DNA from: Malacoraja senta
Taxonomy: Eukaryota
Assembly: GCA_038087875.1 (NCBI GenBank)
Contig: CM075989.1
Span: forward strand, 4,154,001 to 4,218,000
Length of the DNA: 64,000 nucleotides
Reading direction: 5' to 3'
The position numbers were made by a program, and so were the translations under genes. The notes beneath the pieces are model-generated. The model was not told the origin of the DNA and searched no databases. It was given only the letters and a program-made list of their open reading frames with translations. Shown here in pieces: positions 37,520-50,480 of this stretch (positions are counted from its first letter, which is position 1; each line of letters begins with the position of its first letter).

Positions 37520-37815
37520 CCTGGGTTTCTCTGGGTGTTCTGTTTTTCCCCCCCACACTCTATCACAGTGGCGCAGGTGATAGAGCCTCTGCCTCACAGT
37601 GACAGGGTCCCAGGTTCAATCCTGACCCCAGTGCTTGCGTGGGTTGCTTCCGGATGCTCCAGTTTCCTCCCACGTCCTAAAGATGTGGGGGTTTGGCATT
37701 TGTAAATTGCCCCTAATGTGCAGGGAATGGATTAGAAAGTGGGGTAAAATGGTACAAGTGGAGACGGGTGATTAATGGACTTGGGCCAAAGGGTCTGTTT
37801 GCATGCTGGATCTTT
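37520..37815 (+). mobile_element. Degenerate tRNA-derived SINE(s)
   Basis: GTGGCGCAGGTG...GGTTCAATCC...TTGTAAATTGCCCCT. Confidence 0.7.
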
Positions 37816-37934
37816 TAATCAGTTTTCATTCTTGGAAGGAGAGTAGGGAGTTCTCCCGTTATCATGGTTAACATTCATCTCTCTATCAACATCAAAATGT
37901 TTGCTCAAATAGCTTAAACAGCTAATCTTCAAAT

Positions 37935-38243
37935 GGGTCGCACGGTGGCGCAGCGGTAGAGTTGCTGCCGTACAGCGTCAGTTACCCGGGTTCGATCCCG
38001 ACTATGAATGCTGTCAGTATGGTGTTTGTACGTTCTCCCCGTGACCTGCATACGTTTTCTCTGGGTGCTCTGGTTTTCTCCCACACTCCAAAGACTTACA
38101 GGTTTGTAGGTTAATTGGCTCGGTATAATTGTAAATTGTCCCTTGTGTGTGTAGGATGGTGTTAGTGTGGTGGATAGCTGGTTAGCGCGGACTCGGTGGG
38201 CTGAAGGGCCGGTTTCTGCACTATATCATTAAACTAAACTAAA
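37935..38243 (+). mobile_element. Full-length tRNA-derived SINE (HE1/V-SINE type) inserted in an older Deu-type SINE relic (~37830-38320)
   Basis: GGTGGCGCAGCGG A box, GGTTCGATCCC B box, (AAACT)n tail. Confidence 0.85.
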
Positions 38244-38491
38244 GCATAAGTTGTTTATGGTGTGTGAAGTCATTTGAAATTATTCCCACAGATGTTGAGC
38301 TCTGCCTTATAAATATTAGTTCTCTTTCACATGACAGCTTGTGTCTTTGAGAGCCCTGAACTAGAAAGAATACCAATTAGAAAAGAGAACCACAAGCTAT
38401 CGGTGCCATGAGTATCCATTGGATCCATTCCATTCTGATGGAATAGATCATTGGATCTGAAGTTGGGTACTAATTAATGCATTCCCAATAC

Positions 38492-38688
38492 AAAGTACTG
38501 GAGTAACTCAGCGGTTCAGGCAGCATCTCTGGAGGACATGGATGGGTGACGTTGCAGGTCGGGACCCTTCTTCAGACCCAAAACATCACCCGTCTATGAA
38601 CTTCAGAGATGCTGCTTGGCTTGCTGAGTTACTCCAGCACTTTGTGTCTTTTTTAATGAACCAACATCTGCAGTTCCATGTTTCTACA
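38492..38688. mobile_element. Palindromic Penelope-like repeat pair
   Basis: CAAAGTACTGGAGTAACTCAGC ... GCTGAGTTACTCCAGCACTTTG. Confidence 0.75.
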
Positions 38689-39098
38689 TTCCTAATACAA
38701 TTGTGGATCATTGTTGGTTAATCTGATTGCCTGATAGAGTTCTCATTTAATTGAACATCTTAACTCACATTTAAACATCAAAGTTACCACGGGTTCTATG
38801 TAACTTTTATTTATATTTCAATCAGCTTCACACCAGCAATTAATGTCCTCCTTTCACAGTAGTGTATGCCACCTATTCTAATTGTTAGCATAGGATTGAC
38901 ACTAGTAATGCCAGAAGATTAGTGTAATTACAGTAATTGTTCCCAAAATATAGCTGTCATTTTTCTTGTTGGAAGAGTTCTGGTAGGGCATGTTTGGGGT
39001 TCAGGTTTGCAACGTTTGGGAAGTACAAATAATAGTCTTTGTCCTCCCTGCCAGCAGCTTTTGAATGCTACAAGAACAATGTAGGATTTTTAGTTCAG

Positions 39099-39217
39099 AC
39101 ACAAGGAACTGCAGATGCTGGTTTGCAACAAAAAAAAAGACAGAAAGTGCTGGAGTAACTCAGCGGGTCAGGCAGCATGGATAGGTGATATTTTTGGGTC
39201 GGGACTCTTCTTCAGAC
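39099..39217 (-). mobile_element. Penelope-like terminal repeat
   Basis: AAGGAACTGCAGATGCTGG...CTCTTCTTCAGAC; TTTTTAGTT occurs on both sides. Confidence 0.7.
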
Positions 39218-40436
39218 AGGCTTTTTAGTTTGTCCAGCATGTTCTGCTATTCAGTGAGAATAAATTTGGCTGTTCTGTGATCTTACTCCATGTACCTAAT
39301 TATTCTCAATTTTGCTTCATACCTTCGATTATTAAAACTCTTAACTTAGATTTAATATTAGCCAGTCACTTAATAGTAATTCCATTTGCAGAATACAAGA
39401 TCTGAGATTCTACCATTCTCTGCCTGTAGATTAATTTAATAGAGAAGGAGTCCTGGAGAGAAGAAATCCTGAGGAGTATTTTTTCAATCTATATAGTACC
39501 CTATTTTCAAGCCCCATTAATGTTGAGTAGGCGTCTTTTTTGTTGAGCTGAGAGTCAATGAGTAAATTGGCATCTTGGCACAGCAATGGTGGTGCTCTTG
39601 CCTGAAGTGTTTCACTATGTCCAGTGCAGTGGACAATGGTTCTGTTGTTTAAATGAGATGTTAATCTAAGGTCATGTATACCTCTACAAAGGTTTGCTAA
39701 ATGTCCATTTAGTTATTCAATAAAACATTGGCTAGTTGACTTGTTAGTATTTGTCGGACCTAATGTTCAATTGAACAGCAACATTTGTGGAGATAGCTAC
39801 AGTGATTGTGCTGCACACCTGAACCAGTAATTAACAGCGCTTTGCTATTAAAAAAAAATAATAGAAGTGCCTTCCTTTCTTTTCATTTTCGGATATCCCT
39901 CACCTCTATTCCTTTTCTCTCTTTCTCTGATTAGAATTGATTACTGTTATCGATGCTGGATATCCGAAATCCCAGAAATATTCACAGGTTAAATAGCATC
40001 TGTGGAGAGAGAATCCATAATGATAAGATCTTCACCCTTTCATTTCAGGTCTTCACCCTTTAATCAGATCTTCACCCTTTAATCAGAAACTTTACCTGTT
40101 TGTTCGGTACGAAGCTGATGGTTTAAATTAACATGCATTTAAAAAAAATCTATTATCTGTTGATTACTGTGTTTACAAACTTGTAGTGCTGCAGCAGGTA
40201 AGAATGTCATTGTTCTGTTTTGGTACATATGACAATTAAACATTCTTGACTCTCTTGAACGGCAAACAAATTCTAAGACAGTGTAAAATGCATTGTCAAT
40301 CTAATTGTAACAGTTGAAAGTAACCCTGCTGTCTTACTACCCCTCTTTTTACTGTTCTTCCTTCATTTCTTCCTTTATTTTTCTGTCACCATCCCCAGAT
40401 CTCTTCCTGCTCTCATACAATGATGAAACACATGGT

Positions 40437-40618
40437 TAAGAAAGAACTGCAGATGCTGGAAAAATCGAAGGTAGACAAAAATGCTGGAGAAACTCAGTGG
40501 GTGAGGCAGCGTCTATGGAGCGAAGGAATAGGTGACGTTTCGGGTCGAGACCCGAAACGTCACCTATTCCTTCGCTCCATAGATGCTGCCTCACCCACTG
40601 AGTTTCTCCAGCATTTTT
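40437..40618. mobile_element. Near-perfect palindromic Penelope-like repeat pair
   Basis: About 65-bp arms: AAAAATGCTGGAGAAACTCAGTGGGTGAGGCAGC...GACGTTTCGGGTC-GA-GACCCGAAACGTC... Confidence 0.8.
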
Positions 40619-41044
40619 GACAACCTGTGAATCACAAGGTGATCATTTCTACGTTGAGTGCTTCTGGCAAGATCCCCTTAAATTCAGGAAATCAATTCAC
40701 ATTCTGGCTCCCCCCTGCATTCAACTAAAGATTAATAACTGAGCACGATGTCCATTCTGCTGCCACATATTCTTTCTTCAGACCTTAAACCTGACTTTCC
40801 TCAGCCTTCTACAATCTTAAGGCTCATGTCATTGAATTGCACCCTGGCTTGTTGCCATCGTGAACTGACTGTGGACCACCTGTGATCCTCGGGTTGGAGT
40901 TGAAATCTAAAATAAATGTCCCATTTCCCAGTTGGATCGTTCCAGGGGAAGCTACACAATCCCAGGAATTGTACATCTGTGGGATATTGGAGGTGGTGAA
41001 GAAATATTTATGGTGAAGGAAAAACTTCATGGAAGCCACTATAG

Positions 41045-41760
41045 GAACCTGAGGGGCAACTTTTTCACATGGAGTGTGGTGGGTATAAGGAACAAGCTGC
41101 CGGAGGAAGTAGTTGAGGCAGGTACTATAACAATATTTAAGACATTTGCACAGGTACATGGATAGGAAAGGTTTAGAGGGATATCGGACAAATGTGGGCA
41201 GATGGGACTAGCTTAGATGGGGCATCTTGGTTGCCATGGGTAAGTTGGGTGGAAAGGCCTGTTTCCATGCTGTATGTGTAAGAAGGAACTGCTGCTGATG
41301 GTTTAAACCGAAGATGGACACAGAAAGCTGGAGTAACTCAGCAGGACAGGTAGCATCTCTGGAGAGAAGGAATGGGCGACGTTTCGGATCGAGACACTTC
41401 TTCTTCTGAAGATATGCATCATAAATATTACCCTTTTATTTCCAAGTTGGCCATATGCAGGTATAATTTATTCAATGGACAAGTTGCATTGTCTAAGAGA
41501 CCCAGGTTTGAACCTGTCTACGGGTGCCATCTCAGTAGAGTTTGCCTGTTATTCCTGTGACCGCATGGGTTTCCTTCAGGTCCTTCGGTTTCCACCCACA
41601 TCCCAAAGACATGGGGGTATGTAGATTAATTGGCCCTTTGTAAATTGCTCCTCGTGTGTAGGGAGTGGTTGCGAAAGTGAGTATAGCGTAGAACTAGTGT
41701 GAACGGGTTGGTTGGTGTGGAGCTGGTGGGCTGAAGAACCTGTTTCCATGCTGTACTTCC
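41045..41760. mobile_element. CR1 3' end (+, 41045-41275), Penelope-like repeat (-, 41277-41410), SINE (+, 41500-41760)
   Basis: RNLRGNFFTWSVVGIRNKLPEEVVEA motif plus the standard repeat units. Confidence 0.75.
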
Positions 41761-42234
41761 AAAAAAAATTCCATTCCTAACTCAGGACCGGTGAAATATT
41801 TGGTACATTGGACCAAGTCATCTCTTTTCAATCTATTTTTTTCACTGCAGTAAAATCAGATATGTTTCTGAATCATTCTATGGAACTTAAATACTAGATG
41901 CTGGAATGTTATTCCTTATTCTCCCACCCTGTCTCCAGTTCACGTTTTATTTTGAAAGCATTATGTTCAATACTGGAGCAATACTGTCAATGTGGTCTCA
42001 TCAGATATCCATCAAATCTTAGAGTATTCTCTGACTGCGGGATGGGAGATCAAGAAGTAAGTGAATACAGTGGAAAGAGCAAGACCTAGTGTCCCCATTC
42101 TGGTAATATCCCAACTATTGTGCTCCAGAGGTTATGACTAATGGTAGCCCACGCCAGGCTGTTCCAATGTAGCTACATCTCTGCATCTCTGGTCAATTTA
42201 CAATCATCAGTAACATGGTGGAGGTGTTATTTCA

Positions 42235-42775
42235 TAAGTTCATATATAGAAACAGAATTAGGCCATTCGGCCCTACAAGTCTACTCTGCCATTCAATCAT
42301 GGATGATCTATCTTTCCCTCTCAACCACATTGTCTTGCCGTCTTCCCATAAGTCCCGACACCCTTACCTGATGGCGGCATGATGGCACAGAATTGCTGTC
42401 TTGCAGCACCCCAGACCTGGGTACGATCCTAGCTACGGTGCTGTCTGCATGATGTTTATACGTTCTCCCCATGACCTGCGTGGGTTTTCTCTGGGTGCTC
42501 CAGTTCCCCCCCACACTCCAAAGATGTACAGGTTTGTAGGTTAATTGGCTTTGGTAAAATTGTAAATTGTCCCTAGTATGTTTCGGAAAGCGTCAGTGTG
42601 TGAGGATCTTATGTATCCGTGTGCTGGTCAGCGTGGACACAGTGGGCCGAAGGGCTGTATCTCTAAACTAAAGTAGACTAAATCAATAATCTGTCAATCC
42701 CACCTTAAGAATATTCATTGACTTGTTTTCCACACCATCTGTGGCAATGAATTCCACAGATTCACCACCCCGACT
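42235..42775. mobile_element. tRNA SINE (+, ~42373-42682) nested in a minus-strand CR1 3' end
   Basis: CR1 reverse UTR continues on both sides of the SINE. Confidence 0.75.
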
Positions 42776-43479
42776 GATAGTCATTTAGAGCAGTATCAGA
42801 ATGCACACATCCCAAAAGTGAACAATGAAGAGAAGATTCTAAGCAATATAACCTTGTATCTTGGGGTGCAGTAGAAAATGGTTTTTTTTTGCAAATGTTT
42901 ACTGGTTCTTAATAACTTGGTACCTGAAAGCAATGGTATTCAGTTTTGGGTTCTGTTTACTCACTCCCTCTGGCTCTTCTTGGTACATGTCCAAAACAAT
43001 TTTAATGTTGAGGGATGCCTGGATGGTAACATATCTCTATGATTCACCACCATCCAACAAAAGTGGATAACCATCTGCCCAATTGTTGAAAACCTCAGAG
43101 ACAAGATATAATTAAAAACAAATAATTTGGCCTTTTACTGTAACCTAAGTTTGGCAATTATTGAATGAGGGGCATGAAAATTAATATATATTTTCCTAAT
43201 TTACTTTACGGTGTTTTGGTGATGTTGATTTTCACTGGAGGTTCACACCGAGCACCATATCTTCATGTATAGTTTTCATGGCACATGTTCTCTGGCATCA
43301 AACTAGATTAGTGACCAGTTATTATAAATCTATTAAAGATAGTTTTATGGAGAGGTTCGAGTTCAGAGTCTTGAGCAAGGCTTAAGGAGATTTCCCAATA
43401 TTTCCTTCAATTTGATCATTTGACCTCATCCACCTCCAAGGACCGCTGGAGTTAGAAGCCTCAGGGTCTCCATCTAAGA

Positions 43480-43630
43480 CGTTATCTGAAAGGTGATGAC
43501 CAAATATTTAGCACTCCCTCAATAGAGCACGGCATCAGTGTAGATTATGTGCTCAGGGCTCAGAGTGGTGCTTAACCCTTAACCTTCTGACTAATAGATC
43601 GGAGCGATGCTGACTGAGCCAAGCTGACTG
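43480..43630 (-). mobile_element. Ancient SacSINE1/DeuSINE-like 5' part
   Basis: GCACTCCCTCA...TAGATTATGTGCTCA...AACCTTCTGACT...CTGAGCCAAGCTGAC, the reverse of a tRNA-like head. Confidence 0.55.
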
Positions 43631-43949
43631 TTGAATAATAGAAGGAGCAGGACTGAGTTTGTTTAATACACATTCCTCTACTCTGGGAGCAACAGAGTCA
43701 ATGTGAGCAGCCACGCATGGCTGTGTTTGAGATCAGTGAACTGACTGGGGCTAAATATTGAACTGGACTGTTCATGTTGTGTTTGATGTTGGACTTTTTT
43801 TTGATCAAGCCTTATGGTAGAATAAAGTAAAAATGTTGCTAAAACCAAGATAAATAATTCCATGCTGAGATCGGCTTGCGAAATTAGTGGATATGTGAAC
43901 TACACAGCACTTCATTTGTAGCTGATTCATTTGAGTAGTATTATGCAGA

Positions 43950-44280
43950 TCAGAGTGTCATACAGCATGGAAACAGGCCCTCAGCCCAACTTGCCCATAC
44001 TGACAAAGTCCCCATCTATATTCGTCACATTTCCTGTGTTTGGCAAACATCCTTCTAAAGCTTTCCTATCCATGTTACCTGTCCAGATGTCTTAAATGTT
44101 GTTATAGTTCCTGCCTCAACTACCCCGTTTGGCAACTTGTTCCATACACCCACTACCCTTTGTCCCTCTATCCCTCAGATTCCTCTTAAATGTTTCCCCT
44201 CTTACCTTAAACCTATGCCCTCTGTTTTTGATTCCCCTATTCTGGGTAAAAGACTGTGCTTTTACCTTATCTATTCCCCC
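43950..44280 (-). mobile_element. CR1 LINE 3' fragment
   Basis: CATACAGCATGGAAACAGGCCCTCAGCCCAAC...CCTTAAACCTATGCCCTCT. Confidence 0.75.
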
Positions 44281-44547
44281 CCATGTATCTACCCTATCTA
44301 CATCTCTATCTTCTGGCTATATTGTGGATGTCACGACACATCCTGTACTTATTTCAAGCATTTACAATTTTAACAATGAAATAAAGCTTATCTAATCCTA
44401 TTGATTTGAGCCATTTATGTTCCTTGTCTTGGTTGTAGTGTCAAGGATTTTGGTTTCTTCAGTATGTGAACTCACTGAAGCCTCCAATGAGCATATTTAA
44501 ACTTTCACAAATCCATGTAAAATGTCTGAGGATTCACAATAAGGAAG

Positions 44548-44648
44548 GGTCTGAAGAAGGGTCTCGACCCAAAACATCACCCATTCCTTCTCTCCAGAGA
44601 TGCTGCCTGTCCTGCTGAGTTACTCCAGCTTTTTGTGTCTATCTTCGG
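44548..44648 (+). mobile_element. Penelope-like terminal repeat
   Basis: GTCTGAAGAAGGGTCTCGACCCAAAACATCACCCATTCC... Confidence 0.75.
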
Positions 44649-45012
44649 ATTGAACAAATGATTTGCTTAGTCATTCCGAAACAAATAACTACAGCAAAAC
44701 CATAGGTGCCAAAACCATTGTGTTAACAACCACATGTGAATGAGTAAAGACCAATTCAAAATTGCATCAATGTTACATTTTGAAACTTCAAGTACTTCAG
44801 GTAAATAGTTGGTAGATCATGGGAATAGCGTAAAAGGGGTGATGAATTTGGGAGAAAAAAAGGTAAATTCAGACGAGTGTTTCACAAAAAGTGACGAGTG
44901 TATGGAACGAGCTGCCAGAGGAGGTAGTTGAGGCAAGGACTATTGTAACATTTAAGAAACAATTAGACAGGTACATGGATTGGACAGGTTTGCAGGGATA
45001 TGGGCCAAACCG

Positions 45013-45866
45013 GTGAGTGGGCAAATGTTTGGCAGATGCAGTATAATGTGGATAAATGTGAGGTTATCCATTTTGGTGGCAAAAACAGGAAAGCAGACTA
45101 TTATCTAAATGGTGGCCGACTAGGAAAAGGGGAGATGCAGCGAGACCTGGGTGTCATGGTACACCAGTCATTGAAAGTAGGCATGCAGGTGCAGCAGGCA
45201 GTGAAGAAAGCGAATGGTATGTTAGCTTTCATAGCAAAAGGATTTGAGTATAGGAGCAGGGAGGTTCTACTGCAGTTGTACAGGGTCTTGGTGAGACCAC
45301 ACCTGGAGTATTGCGTACAGTTTTGGTCTCCAAATCTGAGGAAGGACATTATTGCCATAGAGGGAGTGCAGAGAAGGTTCACCAGACTGATTCCTGGGAT
45401 GTCAGGACTGTCTTATGAAGAAAGACTGGATAGACTTGGTTTATACTCTCTAGAATTTAGGAAATTGAGAGGGGATCTTATAGAAACTTACAAAATTCTT
45501 AAGGGGTTGGACAGGCTAGATGCAGGAAGATTACTCCCGATGTTGGGGAAGTCCAGGACAAGGGGTCACAGCTTAAGGATAAGGGGGAAATCCTTTAAAA
45601 CCGAGATGAGAAGAACTTTTTTCACACAGACAGTGGTGAATCTCTGGAACTCTCTGCCACAGAGGGTAGTCGAGGCCAGTTCATTGGCTATATTTAAGAT
45701 GGAGTTAGATGTGGCCCTTGTGGCTAAAGGGATCAGAGGGTATGGAGAGAAGGCAGGTACGGGATACTGAGTTGGATGATCAGCCATGATCATATTGAAT
45801 GGCGGTGCAGGCTCGAAGGGCCGAATGGCTTACTCCTGCACCTAATTTCTATGTTTCTATGTTTCT
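45013..45866 (+). mobile_element. Young 5'-truncated CR1 LINE; open ORF2 C-terminus to 45770; nested in an older CR1 3' end (~44880-45966)
   Basis: [35 protein letters not shown] and FFTQTVVNLWNSLP motifs; (TTTCTATG)n tail; AACCG duplicated at 45008-45012 and 45867-45871. Confidence 0.93.
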
Positions 45867-46734
45867 AACCGCAGGCAGGTGGGACTAGTGTAGATAGGAC
45901 ATGTTGGTCGGTGTGGACCAGTTGGGCCAAAGGGCTTGTTTCCACGCTGAATGACTCTATGACTCTGTGAGTGTACAGCACTGATAAAATCAGAAGCAAT
46001 GTTGAAAAAGGCCTCTTCTAGAGATGCAATTAATGCTTGAAATTAAAACAAAAATTGGAGTGAGGGAAGGAATTGGAATTCTGAATCCCCAGTGCAGGCA
46101 TAATGGTCATGGGACTGTGGTTTCACAGGGAACATGTCTGACATATTTTTTGTTTACCGAGAAAATATCATTGCTCACTTCAAATTGACACCATGCACAA
46201 ATGTTTTTTTACTATTCTTTCAGATGACATTCATGCCTTGTCTCATCAAAGAAAATGGTTGGAAAAGATGTGTTCTGATAATGGTTTTCCTTTAAGATTC
46301 TCGCACCAGATTATCTCTGAAGGTTGGGAACAAACTCAGCAACAGCAGAGGAGTGCCCCCAAACTCAATTCATTATTCCTTTACTCTCAAATGCTGCTGA
46401 GAGATGATAAAGGAATTTATCGATGCCAGGACAACATTGGGGAACTGATGCTATGAGATCATTCAATCTAAAGTTCAGTAGAGACTGAGAGCCCAGCTGA
46501 TTTGGCTATTTCCATATACTTCTTATCCAAGTCTAAGCCTTATCAGAGGCACAGACTCATTCAAAGTGTCAGACTCCACCTGTGTGAGTAAGCACTGCAA
46601 CAAAAAGTGGCTCTGAATCACTGGACCATTTTCCATGAAAAGACATAAAAGGAAACATTGCTGTTAGCTCAGAGCAGTATGTAAATTTGACTGCAATATA
46701 TTCCTACTTTTAGTGCATGAGTGTGAACCATCGT

Positions 46735-47160
46735 AAGAAGGATCCCGACCCGAAACGCCACCCATTCCTTCTCTCCAGAGATGCCGCCTGTCCCGCTGAG
46801 TTACTGAGAATCCTAGAATGAGCATACAGAGTCATACAGCACTGAAACAGGCTTTTCGGCCCAAATTGTCCATGCCGACAAAGATGCCCATCTAAGTGAG
46901 TTCCATTTACCTGCATTTGGCCCATATCCCTTTAAGCTTTTCCTATGCATGTAACTGTCCAGTTGTCTTTTATAAGCCATTATTGTACCTCTCTCAACCA
47001 CCTCTGCTGGCAGCTCGTTCAATGCACCCACCATCCTCTGAGTGGAAAAAGTTGTCCTTCAGATTCCTGTTACATCTTTCCTCTCCCACCTTAAACCTAC
47101 GACTTTTAGTTTTTGATCCCCCTACTCTGTGTAAAAGACTCTGTGCATTCACCCTGCCTA
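46735..47160. mobile_element. Penelope-like repeat (+, 46735-46805) and CR1 3' fragment (-, 46826-47160)
   Basis: Standard units; the minus-strand ORF reads VGALNELPAEVVE. Confidence 0.7.
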
Positions 47161-48329
47161 TTTTACACACCAGTGATTATTTCCTCTATGTTATACTGTT
47201 AAATCTAGTGAACCCATGTGTATGACCCAGGATAGTTAATGAGGGGAAGCCATTAGATTTTGGGATTGAACAAATTAACTGTGTTGCCTTTATATGATTC
47301 TTTTAATTTCCTCTGCTAATTACTGCATAGTGAATAGTGTGCAATGTGGTGCATTTCAGCTGGGAAGTGTATGCAAGCCCAGACTAGTTAGTATCTTTCT
47401 CTTCCTGCCTTGCTCCACAGTCAATGGTCACTGCCTTCACTGAAGAATGAGTCATAACTGCTTGAGGACCAAGGAACAGTGCAGGAAGGGAGAATCTCAG
47501 AATAAAGAAAGAAAGGGACCTACTTTGGGGAAATGTCACTGCTTTTCCCCTGTGAACTAGAGGTGGTTTGAAATTGAGTGATCCTACTGTGCAAACAGTG
47601 GATTCTCGGGTTATTTTTCTTCTCACTGCTTGCCTTTAATCCCTCTCAAGCCCAGAGCTCAATATTGGAATTTTTCTTACCCGCATTCCTTAACACTTCA
47701 ACCCGGTACCTCCACAATAACCAGTTTCTTTCTTCTCTAAGTTATACTGTGAGGAGATTTTAATAATCAATAAGGGGGAAGGCTGTGAAAATCTGGTGTC
47801 TTTGTGCTATTTTAATTCAATTGAAATCTCTAGGCCTCTGCGCTGAATAGTGGTATTGTGTCCACTTCATCTAGGCTTGACTGACACGAACTGCTTCAGA
47901 CTCAAGAGTCTCTGTCCATTTATTAAGTATGTTACCGAATTTCTTGTTGATGATATTTTCCCACCAGACAGACTTGTACCAGTTAGATCCAGTCTGAGAC
48001 GCATGTTTGTTTGTCTATGCAAATAACACATGCACCGAATACCTCAGCTGATCCAGTAGGTGCAGACTTTAATTGGAAGCCTCATTCTTATCTTTAAATA
48101 AAAAATTGTAAAGCCAATCAAGTCTGCATTAAAATAAAATAATTCCCCTGCATTCAGTCACTTATCCCCATTTTACAGGGAAATCCCTTTGATGATGCTT
48201 ACAGTTTTGGCAATTAGAGATTTTTTTTTTTTTGTTCAATTAGTTAATTTTGTTTGGCTTTTTTAAATTTTCCCAGCCAGCTCTCTTAGTATCTGGAACA
48301 ACCTGGATTTGGTTCTGTACAGGAATGTG

Positions 48330-48545
48330 AAGGAAGGAACTGCAGATGCTGGTTTAAAGAGATAGACACAAAATGCTGGAGTAACTCAGCGGGACAGGCA
48401 GCTTCTCTGGAGAGAAGTAATGGGTGACGTTTCGGGTCGAGACCCTTCTTCAGACTCGATGGTCTCAGAATGGTCTTGTCCCAAAACGTCACACATTCTT
48501 TCTCTCCAGAGATGAGTTAATCCAGCATTTTGTGTCTATCTTTGG
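48330..48545. mobile_element. Penelope-like repeat pair with an intact minus-strand hammerhead-like core (48424-48455)
   Basis: Minus strand reads GTCTGAAGAAGGGTCTCGACCCGAAACGTCAC. Confidence 0.75.
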
Positions 48546-48549
48546 TTAA

Positions 48550-49610
48550 GTACAGTTGGAGCTGTAGGATGTAGCTTGTCTCCATATTATTTGGAGTACT
48601 GCGTGCAGTTCTGGTCGTCCTTTTACAGGGAATACAATCCTAGTTATGTCATCTCTTGTGATATAATTCATGGAGTTCTGGTATCACATCGGCAAATTTA
48701 TGATGAACAGCTTCCGAGTGCCCAGAAAGCTTTGGAAAGGGTGCAGAGGAGGTTTACCTGAATGGCACCTGGATTATGGGGATATTAGCTACAGGGTGAG
48801 TTCGGACAGCCTTGTATTGTTTTCTCTGGAATGCCAGAGTTTGCGGGGGAGACCTGATAGAAGTATATAAAATTGTGAGTGGCATAGATAGGGTAGACAG
48901 TCAGAACCCTTTTCCCTGGATGGAAATATCAAATACTAGAAAGCATAGCTTTAAGGTGAGAGAGGTACATAGATACATAGATACATAGAAAATAGGTGCA
49001 GGAGTAGGCCATTCGGCCCTTCGAGCCTGCACCGCCATTCAATATGATCATGGCTGATCATCCAACTCAGTATCCCGTACCTGCCTTCTCTCCATACCCC
49101 CTGATCCCTTTAGCCACAAGGGCCACATCTAACTCCCTCTTAAATATAGCCAATGAACTGGCCTCAACTACCCTCTGTGGCAGAGAGTTCCAGAGATTCA
49201 CCACTCTCTGTGTGAAAAAGTTTTTCCTCATCTCGGTCTTAAAGGATTTCCCCCTTATCCTTAAGCTGTGACCCCTTGTCCTGGACTTCCCCAACATCGG
49301 GAACAATCTTCCTGCATCTAGCCTGTCCAACCCCATAAGTTTATGGTTAAAGGTAAAGTTTAAAGGAGATGTGCGGGCTAAGTCTTTTATACAGAAGGTA
49401 ATAAGTGCCTGGAACGTGCTGCCAAATATAGTGGAAGAGGCAGATATGATTGAGGCATCTGGATAGGCACATGGATATGCATGGAATGAAGGGATATGTA
49501 TTATGGATAATATGCAGGCAGGTAAGAGTTAGTTTTGGCATCACGTTTGGCACATACATTGTGGGCTGGATGTCATGTTCCTATGCAGTACTACTCTATG
49601 TTCTCTGTTC
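48550..49610 (+). mobile_element. Degenerate CR1 ORF2/3' fragment split by a younger CR1
   Basis: LEYCVQFWS and ALERVQRRFT motifs with frameshifts. Confidence 0.75.
48967..49336 (-). mobile_element. Young 5'-truncated CR1 LINE
   Basis: GLDRLDAGRLFPMLGKSRTRGHSLRIRG...GTGY; very similar to the 45013-45866 copy. Confidence 0.92.
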
Positions 49611-49975
49611 TATATTATTATGGAGAAAGATACTAGCTAAACCTCAGGCTATAGTCCCACTCTTAGGGGGTGTGAAATGTTCATCATCTCTAGTGATGAG
49701 ATGTGACCCTCGATCCAAACAATCAATTAACGAACACAACCACACTGTTGCAAAAGTCCAGGACTTCCTTCTTATACGGCTTGGTAGAAGCTGGTTACAT
49801 TTTGCATGTTTATTCAGTCAGACGGGCACATGTACTTGCATCCACTTTACAAAGTACTGGTTAGACCACAGTTGGAGATGTGTGAATATTCTGGGCACTT
49901 GGAAGGAATTCATCATAAATTTACCAATGCGATACTAAGACTCCATGGATTATATTACAAGGAGAAATTGTAATT

Positions 49976-50480
49976 GGGCAGCATAGTAGTGCAGCGGTAG
50001 TTGATGCCTTATAGCGTCAGAGACCCGGGTTCAACCCTGACTAGGGGTGCTGTCTGTATGGAGATTGTACATTCTCCCGCGACCTGTGTGGGTATTCTCC
50101 GGGATCTCTGGTTTCCTCCTACACTCCAAAGACGCACAGGTTTGTAAGCTAATTAGCTTGGTAAAATTGTAAATTGTCCCTAGTGTATGTAGGATAGAGT
50201 TAGTGTGTGGTGATAGCTGGTCAGCATGGATTCGGTGGGCTGAAGGGCCTGTTTATGCGCTGTATCTCCAGGGAGGAGGGGACGGCTCCAACGGGCCTTT
50301 GTGGCCAGATACTGCTGGGACTATAAACCGGCGCCAAATGGCTTCTCTTGGATATGGACTCGGTTGGCTGCTCTGTACATACTGCACTAACTGGGGCGAT
50401 TGCGTTTATCTACGAGAAAAGTCCTGCAGATCCGTATGCAAAAATGTGTTTCACTGTATCTGGTACACGTGACAATAAAA
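49976..50480 (+). mobile_element. tRNA SINE (49976-50270) followed by a Rex/Babar-type 3' end
   Basis: SINE boxes, then ...TTTCACTGTATCTGGTACACGTGACAATAAA. Confidence 0.7.

Noticed and set aside
37935..38010. tRNA genes at SINE heads
   Set aside because: A/B boxes are present, but they run into SINE bodies and tails and are not complete cloverleafs.
40475..40618. Long hairpin as a novel miRNA
   Set aside because: It is an inverted pair of a high-copy Penelope-like repeat; no known mature miRNA sequence was recognised.
45000..45770. 256-aa ORF as a host gene
   Set aside because: It is the C-terminus of CR1 ORF2; the start codon comes from the older flanking LINE.
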